From positions 392 through 64,391 of the forward strand of contig DASXFN010000020.1 in assembly GCA_036489565.1 (NCBI GenBank): a DNA stretch of 64,000 bases, written 5' to 3'. The stretch comes from Terriglobales bacterium (GTDB lineage Bacteria > Acidobacteriota > Terriglobia > Terriglobales > Acidobacteriaceae). The notes below the pieces were generated by a model. The model made no database searches and was not told the origin of the DNA. It saw nothing but the letters and a program-made list of their open reading frames with translations. Below, one piece after another: positions 55,174 through 64,000 of the stretch. The position numbers and the translations under genes were made by a program. Position 1 is the first letter of the stretch, and the number at the start of each line of letters is the position of its first letter.

Positions 55174-56613
55174 ATGAAGAAAATTACTCCTCGATCTGAA
55201 GATTTTGCCGCCTGGTATCAGGATGTCGTGCTGCAAGGCGACATGGCCGAGCCCGCTGAAGTGGTGAAGGGCTGCATGGTCATCAAGCCCAACGGCTATG
55301 CCATTTGGGAGCTCTTGCAGCGCGAGCTTGATGACCGCTTCAAAGCAACCGGCCACGAGAACGCTTATTTCCCGTTGCTCATTCCGCAAAGCTTTTTGAA
55401 AAAAGAAGCGGAGCATGTAGAAGGTTTCTCGCCGGAACTCGCGGTTGTGACCATCGCCGGCGGCAAGCAGCTTGAAGAGCCGTACGTGATTCGGCCCACG
55501 TCGGAAACGATCATCGGTCACTTCTTTGCCAAGTGGATTCATAGCTATCGCGATCTGCCTGTGCTCATTAATCAATGGGCAAACGTTATTCGATGGGAGC
55601 TGCGTACACGCATGTTCCTGCGCACCACCGAATTTCTCTGGCAGGAAGGCCACACCGCCCACGCCTCGCACGAAGAGGCGCTCGAAGAAACGCTGCGCAT
55701 GTTGGACGTTTACGCCGACGTTGCCGAGAATGTAATGGCCATGCCAGTAGTGAAAGGCATGAAGACGCTGGCAGAAAAGTTTGCCGGGGCCGTCCGTTCC
55801 TATTCGATTGAAGCCATGATGCAGAATGGACTCGCGCTGCAAGCTGGCACCAGCCACGATCTCGGGCAGAATTTCGGCAAGGCCTTCGATGTGCAGTTCC
55901 AAACCAAAGAAGGCAAGCTCGATTACGTTTGGCAAACAAGCTGGGGGGTGAGCACGCGTCTTATCGGCGGATTGATCATGACGCACTCCGACGACAAAGG
56001 GTTAGTGCTGCCTCCGAAGCTCGCCCCGAAAAAAGTCGTGCTGGTGCCCATCTTCCGCAAGGAAGAGGAACGCGCATTGGTCATGGAAGCGGCTGCGAAA
56101 ATTGCCAAAGAAGTCGGCGCTCACGTGGATGCCCGCGAGAGCGAAACTCCTGGCTCGAAATTCTTCCACTGGGAGCAGCGCGGTGTTCCGGTTGTGCTGG
56201 AACTTGGCCCTCGAGACGTGGCCAGCGGAAATATTGTGATCAAGCGCCGCGACACTGGTACGAAAGAAATTATTCCGCAGGCGGAAGTAGTGGGGAAGGT
56301 GAAGGCCACACTCGAAGTCATGCAGAAAGATTTATATGCCAAAGCCAAGCAGCGTTTGAAAGACAATACCGTGCTGGCAAATTCCATCGAGGAAGTGGAA
56401 GCCATTTTAAGCAACGAAGTCACGGCGGAAAAAGGCGGCGGCAAATTTGTGATGGCGCATTTGAAAGATGATCCGAAAAACGATGCGCGAATCAAAGAGT
56501 TCAAAGCCAGCGTGCGCAATATTCCCGCGGTCGATGAATTCGACGGCCCCGGCAAATGTATTTTGACGGGAGAGCAGGTGGATCGGCGCGTTTGCATCGC
56601 GAAAGCATATTAA
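55174..56613 (+). CDS. proS: Proline--tRNA ligase (archaeal/eukaryote-like short type)
   Basis: 479 aa. FAAWYQDVV...[15 protein letters not shown]-terminus and class II motifs ([14 protein letters not shown]). C-terminal Zn-type domain ending ...IAKAY. Confidence 0.95.
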   Translation: MKKITPRSEDFAAWYQDVVLQGDMAEPAEVVKGCMVIKPNGYAIWELLQRELDDRFKATGHENAYFPLLIPQSFLKKEAEHVEGFSPELAVVTIAGGKQLEEPYVIRPTSETIIGHFFAKWIHSYRDLPVLINQWANVIRWELRTRMFLRTTEFLWQEGHTAHASHEEALEETLRMLDVYADVAENVMAMPVVKGMKTLAEKFAGAVRSYSIEAMMQNGLALQAGTSHDLGQNFGKAFDVQFQTKEGKLDYVWQTSWGVSTRLIGGLIMTHSDDKGLVLPPKLAPKKVVLVPIFRKEEERALVMEAAAKIAKEVGAHVDARESETPGSKFFHWEQRGVPVVLELGPRDVASGNIVIKRRDTGTKEIIPQAEVVGKVKATLEVMQKDLYAKAKQRLKDNTVLANSIEEVEAILSNEVTAEKGGGKFVMAHLKDDPKNDARIKEFKASVRNIPAVDEFDGPGKCILTGEQVDRRVCIAKAY

Positions 56614-56678
56614 GCGCTGGTTATCCTACTTCTTCGCAAAGCATATTATCTGTTAACGAATGTGCACCGAAAAAGATT

Positions 56679-56870
56679 TGTCATCCTGAGCGAAGTCGAA
56701 GGACCTTGCGTTGGTTTGGGAGCTTGTATGCTGTGGCGAGTAGTTTCAGTGGTGGATTTATCGTCCAGAAACTTCCGCGACAGTCCGTGGTGGTCTTAGA
56801 GGAACACAAGATCCTTCGACTGCGCAAATTCATTCGCAAAGCGAATGAATTTACTTCGCTCAGGATGACA
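56679..56870. repeat. MITE-like inverted-repeat element, copy 4
   Basis: Termini TGTCATCCTGAGCGAAG / CTTCGCTCAGGATGACA, GTCGAAGGACCTTGCG box, hairpin AAATTCATTCGC-aaa-GCGAATGAATTT. Confidence 0.8.
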
Positions 56871-56923
56871 AGGTTTTAAGGTTTGCCAAGAACTGACAAC
56901 CGGCCACCGGGAACTGACTACTA

Positions 56924-58537
56924 ATGATCAAAGCTGTCCGAGGAACGCGCGATCTTCTCCCGCCGGAAACGGTGCTGTGGAACCACGTCGAAAGCGTGGT
57001 GCGCGACGTGTTCCGCGCTTACAACTTCCAGGAAATTCGCACGCCAATTTTCGAGAAAACTGAACTCTTCTCACGAGGCGTCGGCGAAGAAACAGACATC
57101 GTCTCGAAAGAGATGTACACGTGGGAAGATGGCATCTATCCTGCAGATTACGCTGTCCACAAAGAATGGATGGTTGGAAAATTCCCAAGCATAACGCAGT
57201 TCCAAAAAATAGACCCCGAAGCTGCGCAGCAGTGGCGGAGGGGCACTCAGGGGCCCGTTCTGTTCCTGGAACTCAACGGCACGCGTACAGTGGTCAAATT
57301 CAAATACGCCCCGACCATTGCGGATCTACTAGAACTGAAGAATGCCCGTACTAATTGGAAGCCTTCGGCGCCGCCCGAGGCATCCCTTCTCTTAGTGGTG
57401 TATGCGGGTACAACACCGGACGCAGTCACGGAACGAGCTGCAAAGGAAGACATTCAGATCGAAGAATTGACTATAGAAGATTTTCAACGTCCTCAATTCC
57501 TTGCCCTGCGTCCGGAAAACACCGCCGGCGTTGTACGCGCCTACATCGAACACAAGCTCGGAGATCGTGGCCTCAACAAGCTTTATTACATCGGCCCACA
57601 GTTTCGCCGCGAGCGTCCGCAGAAGGGACGCTATCGCCAGTTCTACCAGATCGGCGCCGAAGTTATTGGCCCTGCGACTTCGGGAAGCGAATCCCCTGCG
57701 CGCGATGCCGAACTTTTGGAAATGCTGGCTACACTGCTCGACCGGTTGGGCATCAAAAACTGGAACTTGCAACTGAATTCCGTGGGATCGTCGGCCGATC
57801 GTGCGAAGTACAACGAAGTTCTGCGCCAGGCGCTCGAGCCAGTGAAAGACAAAATGTGCGGCGACTGCCAGCGGCGCGCCGTCACCAATCCGCTGCGCGT
57901 GCTGGACTGCAAAGTTTCTGAAGATCAGCCGATCATCGAAACATTGCCGCGCATTTTTGACTACCTCGACGACGCAAGCAAAAAACATTTCGAAGAGGTG
58001 ACGGCGATTTTAGAGAGTGTCGGCGTCCCTTTTGAGATTAATCATCGCCTGGTACGCGGCCTCGACTATTACACGCGCACGGCTTTTGAGTTCACGCACG
58101 GGGCGCTTGGAGCGCAGAACGCCATCCTTGGCGGCGGACGTTATGACGGCCTTGCTGAATTATTGGGAAGCCCGCAACCCGCTCCTGGCATTGGTTTTGC
58201 CATCGGCGAAGACCGCCTGGTGATGGCGTTGCAGGAAGCCGCTGGGGATGTGCAATTAAAGCCGGATGTTTATATCGCGCCGCTCGGTGCCGGCATGAAT
58301 CGCGAGGCTGCCAAACTCGCCCGCGAGCTTCGTCGCGCCAATATCATTGCGGAACTCGGCGACGAGAGCTTCCGCCTGAAAAAATCTTTCGAGACTGCGG
58401 ACAAAATAGGCGCGCGCTTCATCTTGATTGTCGGGGAAAATGAGGTAAAAGCCGACACTTTCGCCCTTAAGAACCTAAAGAGCGGCGAACAGGTCTCCGT
58501 CCCACGCGCCGAACTTGGCCAGCGCATTCATTTATAA
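56924..58537 (+). CDS. hisS: Histidine--tRNA ligase carrying an insertion of about 115 aa after motif 1
   Basis: Canonical HisRS blocks (RGTRDLLP, DIVSKEMYTWED, LRPENTAGVVRAY, RYRQFYQIGAEVIG, GGGRYDGL). It is 537 aa versus roughly 420-430 aa for the typical enzyme. Confidence 0.93.
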   Translation: MIKAVRGTRDLLPPETVLWNHVESVVRDVFRAYNFQEIRTPIFEKTELFSRGVGEETDIVSKEMYTWEDGIYPADYAVHKEWMVGKFPSITQFQKIDPEAAQQWRRGTQGPVLFLELNGTRTVVKFKYAPTIADLLELKNARTNWKPSAPPEASLLLVVYAGTTPDAVTERAAKEDIQIEELTIEDFQRPQFLALRPENTAGVVRAYIEHKLGDRGLNKLYYIGPQFRRERPQKGRYRQFYQIGAEVIGPATSGSESPARDAELLEMLATLLDRLGIKNWNLQLNSVGSSADRAKYNEVLRQALEPVKDKMCGDCQRRAVTNPLRVLDCKVSEDQPIIETLPRIFDYLDDASKKHFEEVTAILESVGVPFEINHRLVRGLDYYTRTAFEFTHGALGAQNAILGGGRYDGLAELLGSPQPAPGIGFAIGEDRLVMALQEAAGDVQLKPDVYIAPLGAGMNREAAKLARELRRANIIAELGDESFRLKKSFETADKIGARFILIVGENEVKADTFALKNLKSGEQVSVPRAELGQRIHL

Positions 58538-58582
58538 TTCTCAATTCGGCTTTTCGCCGTATTTTCCACTGAAAGGCACAAC

Positions 58583-60448
58583 TTGCTCGACTTCTTAGGC
58601 GACTTACAACGTACTCACAAGTGCGGAGCTTTGCGGTCCTCCGACTCCGGCAAAAAAGCCGTGCTCATGGGATGGGTGAACCGCCGCCGCGATCTTGGCA
58701 GCATTATTTTTATTGACCTGCGCGACCGCACCGGCGTCACTCAGGTAGTAGTAAATCGCGAGTTGAATGCCGCTGCGCACGATAAAGCCAGCTCCCTGCG
58801 CAACGAGTACGTCATCGCCGTCATCGGCACCGTGAAGCAGCGCGACGCCAACACGTTCAACAAAAATATTCCCACGGGTGAGGTTGAACTCGTTGTGGAC
58901 GAGTTGCGCATTCTCAACGAATCCAAGCAGCCGCCATTTTTGCCCAGCGAAACCGTCCTGCCCAATGAAGAGATGCGCTTGAAGTATCGTTACATTGACC
59001 TGCGCCGTGATGCCATGCAGTACAACATCGAAATGCGGCACAAAGTAACGAAGGCGATTCGCGACTATCTCTCAGCGGAAGGGTTCTTTGAAATCGAAAC
59101 GCCTTTTATGACTCGCTCCACGCCCGAAGGCGCAAGGGATTATCTCGTGCCCAGCCGCGTGCAGCCGGGGAATTTCTACGCCCTTCCGCAGTCGCCGCAG
59201 TTGTTCAAGCAGATACTGATGATCTCCGGCTTCGACCGATATTTCCAGATCGCGCGCTGCTTCCGTGATGAAGACTTGCGCGCTGACCGGCAGCCGGAAT
59301 TTACGCAAATTGATCTGGAAATGTCGTACCCACAATTGCAGATCGTTTACGACGTGGTCGAAGGGTTCGTCTCAGCTGCCTTCAAAGTTGCCGGGCACGA
59401 GATTAAAAGCAACTTCACCCGCATGAGCTATGACCAGGCGGTCCGATTGTATGGTAACGACAAGCCGGATATGCGCCTGCCCGCCATGGTGGACATTCGC
59501 GAGGCGCTCACGCCGGAAGAACTCGAAGAGCTGGCGGCAAAATTCAAGATCAGAAAAGAATTTCCCATCCAGCTCATTCGCATTCCGAAAGCTGGAGACA
59601 TTTCCGGTACCGAGCGCCGCACGATTGGAACTTACGCCGCCTATCAGCATGTGCAGGGACCGTCGTTTGTGCAGTTGATGACTGACCCCAAGCGCTTCGC
59701 GAAGGATTATCCGGCGATCTCGGAAAAAGTTCTGGCCTTCGCCAAGGTCGAAGCCGACGATCTGTGGCTTTTCGCTGCGGCATTGCATCGTCCGGAATCT
59801 CCGACGGTGATGGACCAGAGCATTCAACACTTCTGCGAGAAGTGCGGCTTTTTGCGTCTCGATCTCGCGCAAAAATATGCCGAAAAGCATGGCTTATTCA
59901 AAAAGACCGGTGATCCCGCAACGGATTTTCGTTTTCTTTGGGTCACGGATTTTCCCATGTTCGAATGGGACAAAGCCGAAAAGCGCTGGAACCCCGCGCA
60001 CCATCCGTTTACTTCCTTGCACGAAGAGGATATGGCCAAGCTCGAGGCCAACATTGACTCCGTGCACGATCCGAAATCGCCGCTGGGAGAGATACGCGCG
60101 CTGGCCTATGACGTTGTGCTCAACGGGACTGAGCTCGGCTCAGGCTCCATCCGTATTCATCGCCAGGACATCCAGAAGAAAATCTTCCAGGCCCTTGGCA
60201 TGGGCGATGAAGAAGCCCGCGCGCGCTTTGGATTCTTCCTTGAAGCGCTTGAATACGGCACGCCGCCACACGGAGGCATCGCCCTTGGTCTGGACCGCAT
60301 TGTGATGATCCTTGCCGGCGCCGATAGCCTGCGCGAAGTGATCCCATTCCCCAAGACCGCCCGCGCCGTGGACTTAATGGTGGACGCACCTACTCCAGTG
60401 GGCGAGAAGCAGTTGAAGGAACTGGGGATACAGATAAAGGCGCAATAG
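58583..60448 (+). CDS. aspS: Aspartate--tRNA ligase (bacterial type with GAD insertion domain)
   Basis: OB-fold N-terminus, class II motifs (FQIARCFRDEDLRADRQPEFTQID, GSGSIRIH, GGIALGLDR). TTG start in the track. Confidence 0.95.
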   Translation: MLDFLGDLQRTHKCGALRSSDSGKKAVLMGWVNRRRDLGSIIFIDLRDRTGVTQVVVNRELNAAAHDKASSLRNEYVIAVIGTVKQRDANTFNKNIPTGEVELVVDELRILNESKQPPFLPSETVLPNEEMRLKYRYIDLRRDAMQYNIEMRHKVTKAIRDYLSAEGFFEIETPFMTRSTPEGARDYLVPSRVQPGNFYALPQSPQLFKQILMISGFDRYFQIARCFRDEDLRADRQPEFTQIDLEMSYPQLQIVYDVVEGFVSAAFKVAGHEIKSNFTRMSYDQAVRLYGNDKPDMRLPAMVDIREALTPEELEELAAKFKIRKEFPIQLIRIPKAGDISGTERRTIGTYAAYQHVQGPSFVQLMTDPKRFAKDYPAISEKVLAFAKVEADDLWLFAAALHRPESPTVMDQSIQHFCEKCGFLRLDLAQKYAEKHGLFKKTGDPATDFRFLWVTDFPMFEWDKAEKRWNPAHHPFTSLHEEDMAKLEANIDSVHDPKSPLGEIRALAYDVVLNGTELGSGSIRIHRQDIQKKIFQALGMGDEEARARFGFFLEALEYGTPPHGGIALGLDRIVMILAGADSLREVIPFPKTARAVDLMVDAPTPVGEKQLKELGIQIKAQ

Positions 60449-61112
60449 GCTCTTCACTCCGCAACCAGCTCATCAAGTATGTTGCAGTCACGGCCCCTGC
60501 AACTTGCGTCCCAATGAATCCCGGTACGTCCAGCGGGCGAATGCCTGCGAAGCTGTCCGTAATGGACCGCGCCAGCGTCACCGCCGGATTCGCGAACGAA
60601 GTCGAAGCCGTAAACCAGTATGCCGCGGTGATGTAACAACCCACCGCAACTGGAACCGCAAGGGCGGAATTGATCCGCACGCATCCCCAGATTGCGCAAA
60701 GCAGTCCGAAGGTCGCCACAAACTCGCTGACCAGTTGCGGAAAGCCCGAGCGTTGATGCTGGGAGAGCGCATACCAATGCTGCGCGAACATCGTATGTGC
60801 CAATAGTGTTCCGAGTATGCCTCCAGCGAACTGTGCAGCTGCATAATAAAGAACCTCGTACCACGGCAAAAACTTTTTAAGTCCCATCGCCAGGCTGACG
60901 GCAGGATTCAGATGGGCGCCGGAAATCGGACTAAACGTCAGGATCAGCGCCACGAGTGCGGCTCCCGTGGCAATCGTGTTTGCCAGCAAGGCGATGGCAA
61001 CGTTTCCGCCTGCGAGCCGCTCTCCCATAATGCCCGAGCCGACCACGGCGGCCACGAGGAATGCCGTACCAAGAAACTCCGCCACTACTCGTGTTCGTAG
61101 ACGAAATTTCAT
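60390..61112 (-). CDS. MIP family channel (aquaglyceroporin-like), last gene of the ars operon
   Basis: Two NPA boxes (GAHLNPAVSLA, SFANPAVTLAR), 6 TM. ATGA overlap with the arsC stop. Confidence 0.9.
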   Translation of the reverse strand: MKFRLRTRVVAEFLGTAFLVAAVVGSGIMGERLAGGNVAIALLANTIATGAALVALILTFSPISGAHLNPAVSLAMGLKKFLPWYEVLYYAAAQFAGGILGTLLAHTMFAQHWYALSQHQRSGFPQLVSEFVATFGLLCAIWGCVRINSALAVPVAVGCYITAAYWFTASTSFANPAVTLARSITDSFAGIRPLDVPGFIGTQVAGAVTATYLMSWLRSEEPIAPLSVSPVPSTASRPLE

Positions 61113-61600
61113 TGGCGGCCGATGTTGTCAATTTCTCTTTTGATCGCGAGGCTGTCCAGAGAAACAAACGGCAGATTGAGAAACAGGCGGATTCTGCGGT
61201 CCAGCATAAAGAAAGCGTCGCGGTAGGCCTTAGCAATCTGCTCCTTGCTTCCTTGTGCTGCTGCTGGATCGGGGACGCCCCAGTGGGCCGTCATTGGTTG
61301 ATCCGGCCAGAAAGGGCAAACCTCTTTCGCGGCGTTGTCACAAACGGTAAAAACAAAATCGAGCTTAGGGGCGTCCGGTTTCGCAAACTCGTCCCAGCTC
61401 TTGCTTCGAAGGCCATTGATCGAGATGCTTGAAACTTCAAGCTGACGCAAGGCTTCGGGCCGGATCGCGCCAGAAGGATGGCTACCAGCGCTATAGGCGG
61501 TAAAGAACGGGCCGCTTTTTTGATTCATGATGGCCTCAGCCATAATGGAACGGGCAGAGTTTCCGGTGCATAAAAACAAAACGTTGTAATGGTGTGGCAT
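61109..61600 (-). CDS. arsC: Arsenate reductase, LMW-PTPase (thioredoxin-coupled) type
   Basis: P-loop LFLCTGNSARSIMAE (C-x5-R-S). 163 aa from ATG 61600. Confidence 0.9.
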   Translation of the reverse strand: MPHHYNVLFLCTGNSARSIMAEAIMNQKSGPFFTAYSAGSHPSGAIRPEALRQLEVSSISINGLRSKSWDEFAKPDAPKLDFVFTVCDNAAKEVCPFWPDQPMTAHWGVPDPAAAQGSKEQIAKAYRDAFFMLDRRIRLFLNLPFVSLDSLAIKREIDNIGRQ

Positions 61601-61611
61601 TGAGATTCTCC

Positions 61612-62058
61612 TCAGTTGCAGCAGCCGGGAGCGCAACAGGAAGCGGGTTCCTCAACCGTCTTCTCCGGCAAGTTGTCCTGCAGCACCACAAATGCCTCCC
61701 ACTCGTTCCCATCAGGGTCGCGAACCCAGGTTTTGTCCTGCGTGGCATAGCAACAGTCGGTCTGCATTTCGTCGCGGGTAAACAAACCCGCGTCGGCCCA
61801 CTTCTGGCGTATAGCCAGGACGTCCTCTGTGGAGGAAAGTTGAATGCCCATGTGGGAGAGTGCTCCGGCATCTGTGAACCTCACTTCATTGAGCGTGAAG
61901 TTCAGAGGAGGGTTCTGCACATCGAATTTGGCGTATCCCTTACGTACTTTGCTTGGCTCAATGCCGAACAGCTTGCGATAAAACTGGGTGCTGTTCTCAA
62001 CATTGCTCACATTTATGGACAGATGTGCTTTCAACGCAATTACTGATTTGTTCGGCAT
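61612..62058 (-). CDS. arsI: ArsI/CadI family VOC (glyoxalase-fold) protein, candidate C-As lyase
   Basis: 148 aa from ATG 62058 (AAGGAG upstream). Vicinal Cys pair in TDCCYATQDKTWVRDPDGNEWEAF and a Cys-rich tail SCCAPGCCN. Confidence 0.65.
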   Translation of the reverse strand: MPNKSVIALKAHLSINVSNVENSTQFYRKLFGIEPSKVRKGYAKFDVQNPPLNFTLNEVRFTDAGALSHMGIQLSSTEDVLAIRQKWADAGLFTRDEMQTDCCYATQDKTWVRDPDGNEWEAFVVLQDNLPEKTVEEPASCCAPGCCN

Positions 62059-62088
62059 GGGTACGCTCCTTCGATATCCGTTAATCAC

Positions 62089-62104
62089 ATTCGCTAATGC
62101 GAAT
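62089..62104. promoter_or_regulatory. Dyad ATTCGC-taat-GCGAAT in the arsR / arsI divergent promoter region
   Basis: Read directly. A candidate ArsR operator by position only. Confidence 0.3.
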
Positions 62105-62170
62105 ATGTAAAAGATATAGGTGCCCAACGTATTCGTCAAGACGCATTTGTTTTGATACGATTCAGGTGAG

Positions 62171-62563
62171 ATGAAGCCTGAATATCCATTAGCGCGATTG
62201 TTTGGCGCTTTCGCTGACCCAACCCGGCTCCGGCTCATCAACCTGATGGCCGAACAGGAAATTTGTGTCTGTTATTTCGTGCAAGTCATTGATGCGCCCC
62301 AGCCTAAGATCTCCCGTCACCTTGCTTATCTGCGGAAGGCTGGCATTGTCGCCACGCGGCGCGAAGGGAAGTGGATGCACTACCGGCTAGTCATGCCCGG
62401 CGATCCCCACGCCGCCATCGTGAAAGCCACCCTTGCTTCTTTGAAACAAGACAAAGAATTACAGCGTGACCTGTTGCGGCTGACCAAAGCATGTTGCGGG
62501 TCTAAGAGCCTGGTGGAACTGCTTGGGGCGCCATTACCTCGGAGCCAGTCCCTCAATAACTAG
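62171..62563 (+). CDS. arsR: ArsR/SmtB family metalloregulator
   Basis: FADPTRLRLINLM, metal site ICVCYF (C-x-C), HTH ISRHLAYLRKAGIV. Divergent from the ars operon. Confidence 0.9.
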   Translation: MKPEYPLARLFGAFADPTRLRLINLMAEQEICVCYFVQVIDAPQPKISRHLAYLRKAGIVATRREGKWMHYRLVMPGDPHAAIVKATLASLKQDKELQRDLLRLTKACCGSKSLVELLGAPLPRSQSLNN

Positions 62564-62670
62564 TTTCACTCAGTTCTTTTTCATACACAGATAAATGCCG
62601 CTTCTAGAGTCTTCCCCTTATATCGGGGTTCAGAATCAAGCAGTAGAATAACTAGGTTGCAGGGGGGCTC

Positions 62671-62925
62671 ATGCCTGATACCACATTGAATGGCACCGTC
62701 GAGAAAATTATCAAACCGGCACATCCAGAGGAAACTGAGAAGGCGCAAATTACGGTGGAAGGCGCCGATCACCTTTACCGCGAATTGCGTATCGAGAACA
62801 TTCTCAAGGATGAGCAGGGCAATGAAGTCAGTCTGAAGCCGGGTGCGGAAGTAGAAGTAACGGTGGAAGCCGATCGCAATGGCACGGTGCCGAAGGCGGC
62901 CTCCAAAAACTCATCAGGCTGCTGA
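62671..62925 (+). CDS. Hypothetical small protein
   Basis: 84-aa acidic ORF, no motif. Confidence 0.4.
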   Translation: MPDTTLNGTVEKIIKPAHPEETEKAQITVEGADHLYRELRIENILKDEQGNEVSLKPGAEVEVTVEADRNGTVPKAASKNSSGC

Positions 62926-63105
62926 GTTAGATTTTGTAATGTCGTGAGCAAGCTTTAGCGATAGTATCTTCCTTGAGAAGTCTCCCTTCTCATATTTCTG
63001 CCATTTCCCACAACAGCTATTGTTCGGCGTCCATGCCATTTCCCAAAGTTAGCTGTCTAGCTTGACTGACTATTAAACACCCCTGTTATTCTCTGTATCA
63101 AACGT

Positions 63106-63447
63106 ATGCAAATGATCCCTTGTCCGAAGTGCGGTATCCAAGCAGAGGCAACGATGGTTGCTGAAGAAAGTTTCGTTGGTATTCCAGATCAAAAAGTTAA
63201 ATTTGCGTCACGTTGGTTCAGAGTGGAATGTTCTGGATGCGGTTCATTTCTCCACCTTCTCAAAGTAGGGCATCACGGGACACAAGCCGAAAGGAAAATG
63301 AAGACTTTGTTTCCTAAGACTGAATGGAAACGTTTGCGGGCTGCCCTAGATGACGGGGAGCGGAGATTATTCAATGAAACTTTAGAAGGTAAACGAATGG
63401 CCGAAGCAGGAGAGGTAAAGCATTGGGTCGACATACTGAAAGGATGA
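63106..63447 (+). CDS. Zinc-ribbon hypothetical protein
   Basis: CPKCG ... CSGCG pairs. AT-richer segment. Confidence 0.45.
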   Translation: MQMIPCPKCGIQAEATMVAEESFVGIPDQKVKFASRWFRVECSGCGSFLHLLKVGHHGTQAERKMKTLFPKTEWKRLRAALDDGERRLFNETLEGKRMAEAGEVKHWVDILKG

Positions 63448-63668
63448 TTATGGGAACTGTGCAATTCGTTTTGATATTTCTCGGATTGTTGAAAGAGTGG
63501 GTGAATTGGGAAAATTCCCGATTGGCCTTGAGGGAATGCGAAGCTGACTTAGCGGACAGCCAGTCTCAAATTGCCTTCTGGAAATCTCTTGGTGTAATGT
63601 TCGGAATCATTCTGATATTACTATTTTGTAAGTTCGATTTCGTGCCTCGCGGATCATTGAACGCTTAG
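63444..63668 (+). CDS. Small membrane protein, translationally coupled to 63106..63447
   Basis: ATGA start/stop overlap at 63444-63447. Two hydrophobic helices. Confidence 0.4.
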   Translation: MIMGTVQFVLIFLGLLKEWVNWENSRLALRECEADLADSQSQIAFWKSLGVMFGIILILLFCKFDFVPRGSLNA

Positions 63669-63777
63669 TTTACGAATTCGATGCGCCGTATATTGAACCA
63701 AGGACCTAGACCTAACTGATATGTCTTTCAAGCGGTATGAAAAAGTTGAAAAAAGGAAATACCGCGAAGGTTGAAAT

Positions 63778-63854
63778 TGGGGTGGGAGACGGGAATTGAA
63801 CCCGCAACGTCCGGAGCCACAGTCCGGTGCTCTACCGATTGAGCTACTCCCACC
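63778..63854 (-). tRNA. tRNA-His (anticodon GTG) with encoded G-1 and CCA
   Basis: The reverse complement reads G-GTGGGAG-TA-GCTC-AATCGGTA-GAGC-A-CCGGA-CTGTGGC-TCCGG-ACGTT-GCGGG-TTCAATT-CCCGT-CTCCCAC-C-CCA. This folds as a cloverleaf with anticodon GTG, and the extra 5' G pairs with discriminator C. Confidence 0.92.
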
Positions 63855-63917
63855 GCGTCTCTCGATTATAGCAATGGAAAGCTGGGAGCGTCTCAGCCCG
63901 CAAGTGCAAATTCGATA

Positions 63918-63948
63918 GTGGAGCGACGGGCGTCCTCGCCCGTCATAT
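63918..63948. repeat. Short dispersed hairpin repeat, second copy of 11356-11385
   Basis: GTGGAGCGACGGGCGTCCTCGCCCGTCATAT with 8-bp stem GACGGGCG/CGCCCGTC. Confidence 0.6.
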
Positions 63949-64000
63949 CAATAAATTCGAATCGGGAGTAAAAAGTAAAGAACTACCGCCCTACGCCGAC

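Noticed and set aside
57131-57493. Intein in hisS
   Set aside because: The insert is only about 115 aa. It lacks an N-terminal Cys/Ser and a C-terminal His-Asn plus Cys/Ser/Thr junction, and it has no endonuclease motifs. It was treated as an inserted domain instead.

Overview
This is a chromosomal segment with fairly high G+C. Its gene content and repeat families fit an Acidobacteriota (Terriglobia-like) genome, but that taxon is only an inference. Most of the window is housekeeping: ilvC and ilvD, prfB with its programmed +1 frameshift, lnt, lpxD plus a lipid A acyltransferase, purU, moaA, a threonine aldolase, an RND efflux pair, DAHP synthase, asd, and a proS-hisS-aspS run. It also holds a Fur-family / TonB-dependent receptor / PiuC iron module, a four-gene ECF sigma envelope-stress module, an arsenic cluster (arsR, then arsI-arsC-aquaporin on the other strand) and tRNA-His. 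The clearest accessory region is an AT-richer island at about 37.9-41.7 kb. It carries an overlapping three-gene operon of two paralogous C5-cytosine methyltransferases and an Mrr_cat-type PD-(D/E)xK nuclease with a large unassigned N-terminal region. REP-like repeats, hairpins and an orphan brnA antitoxin gene bracket it. This is my best candidate for a poorly described defence system. Other points worth a second look: a MITE-like inverted-repeat family (4 copies), an array of 21-bp dyads between the fur-like gene and the receptor gene, an insertion of about 115 codons in hisS, and several small unlisted ORFs. All calls come from reading the supplied translations and the sequence by eye. No searches were run, and start codons are best guesses.
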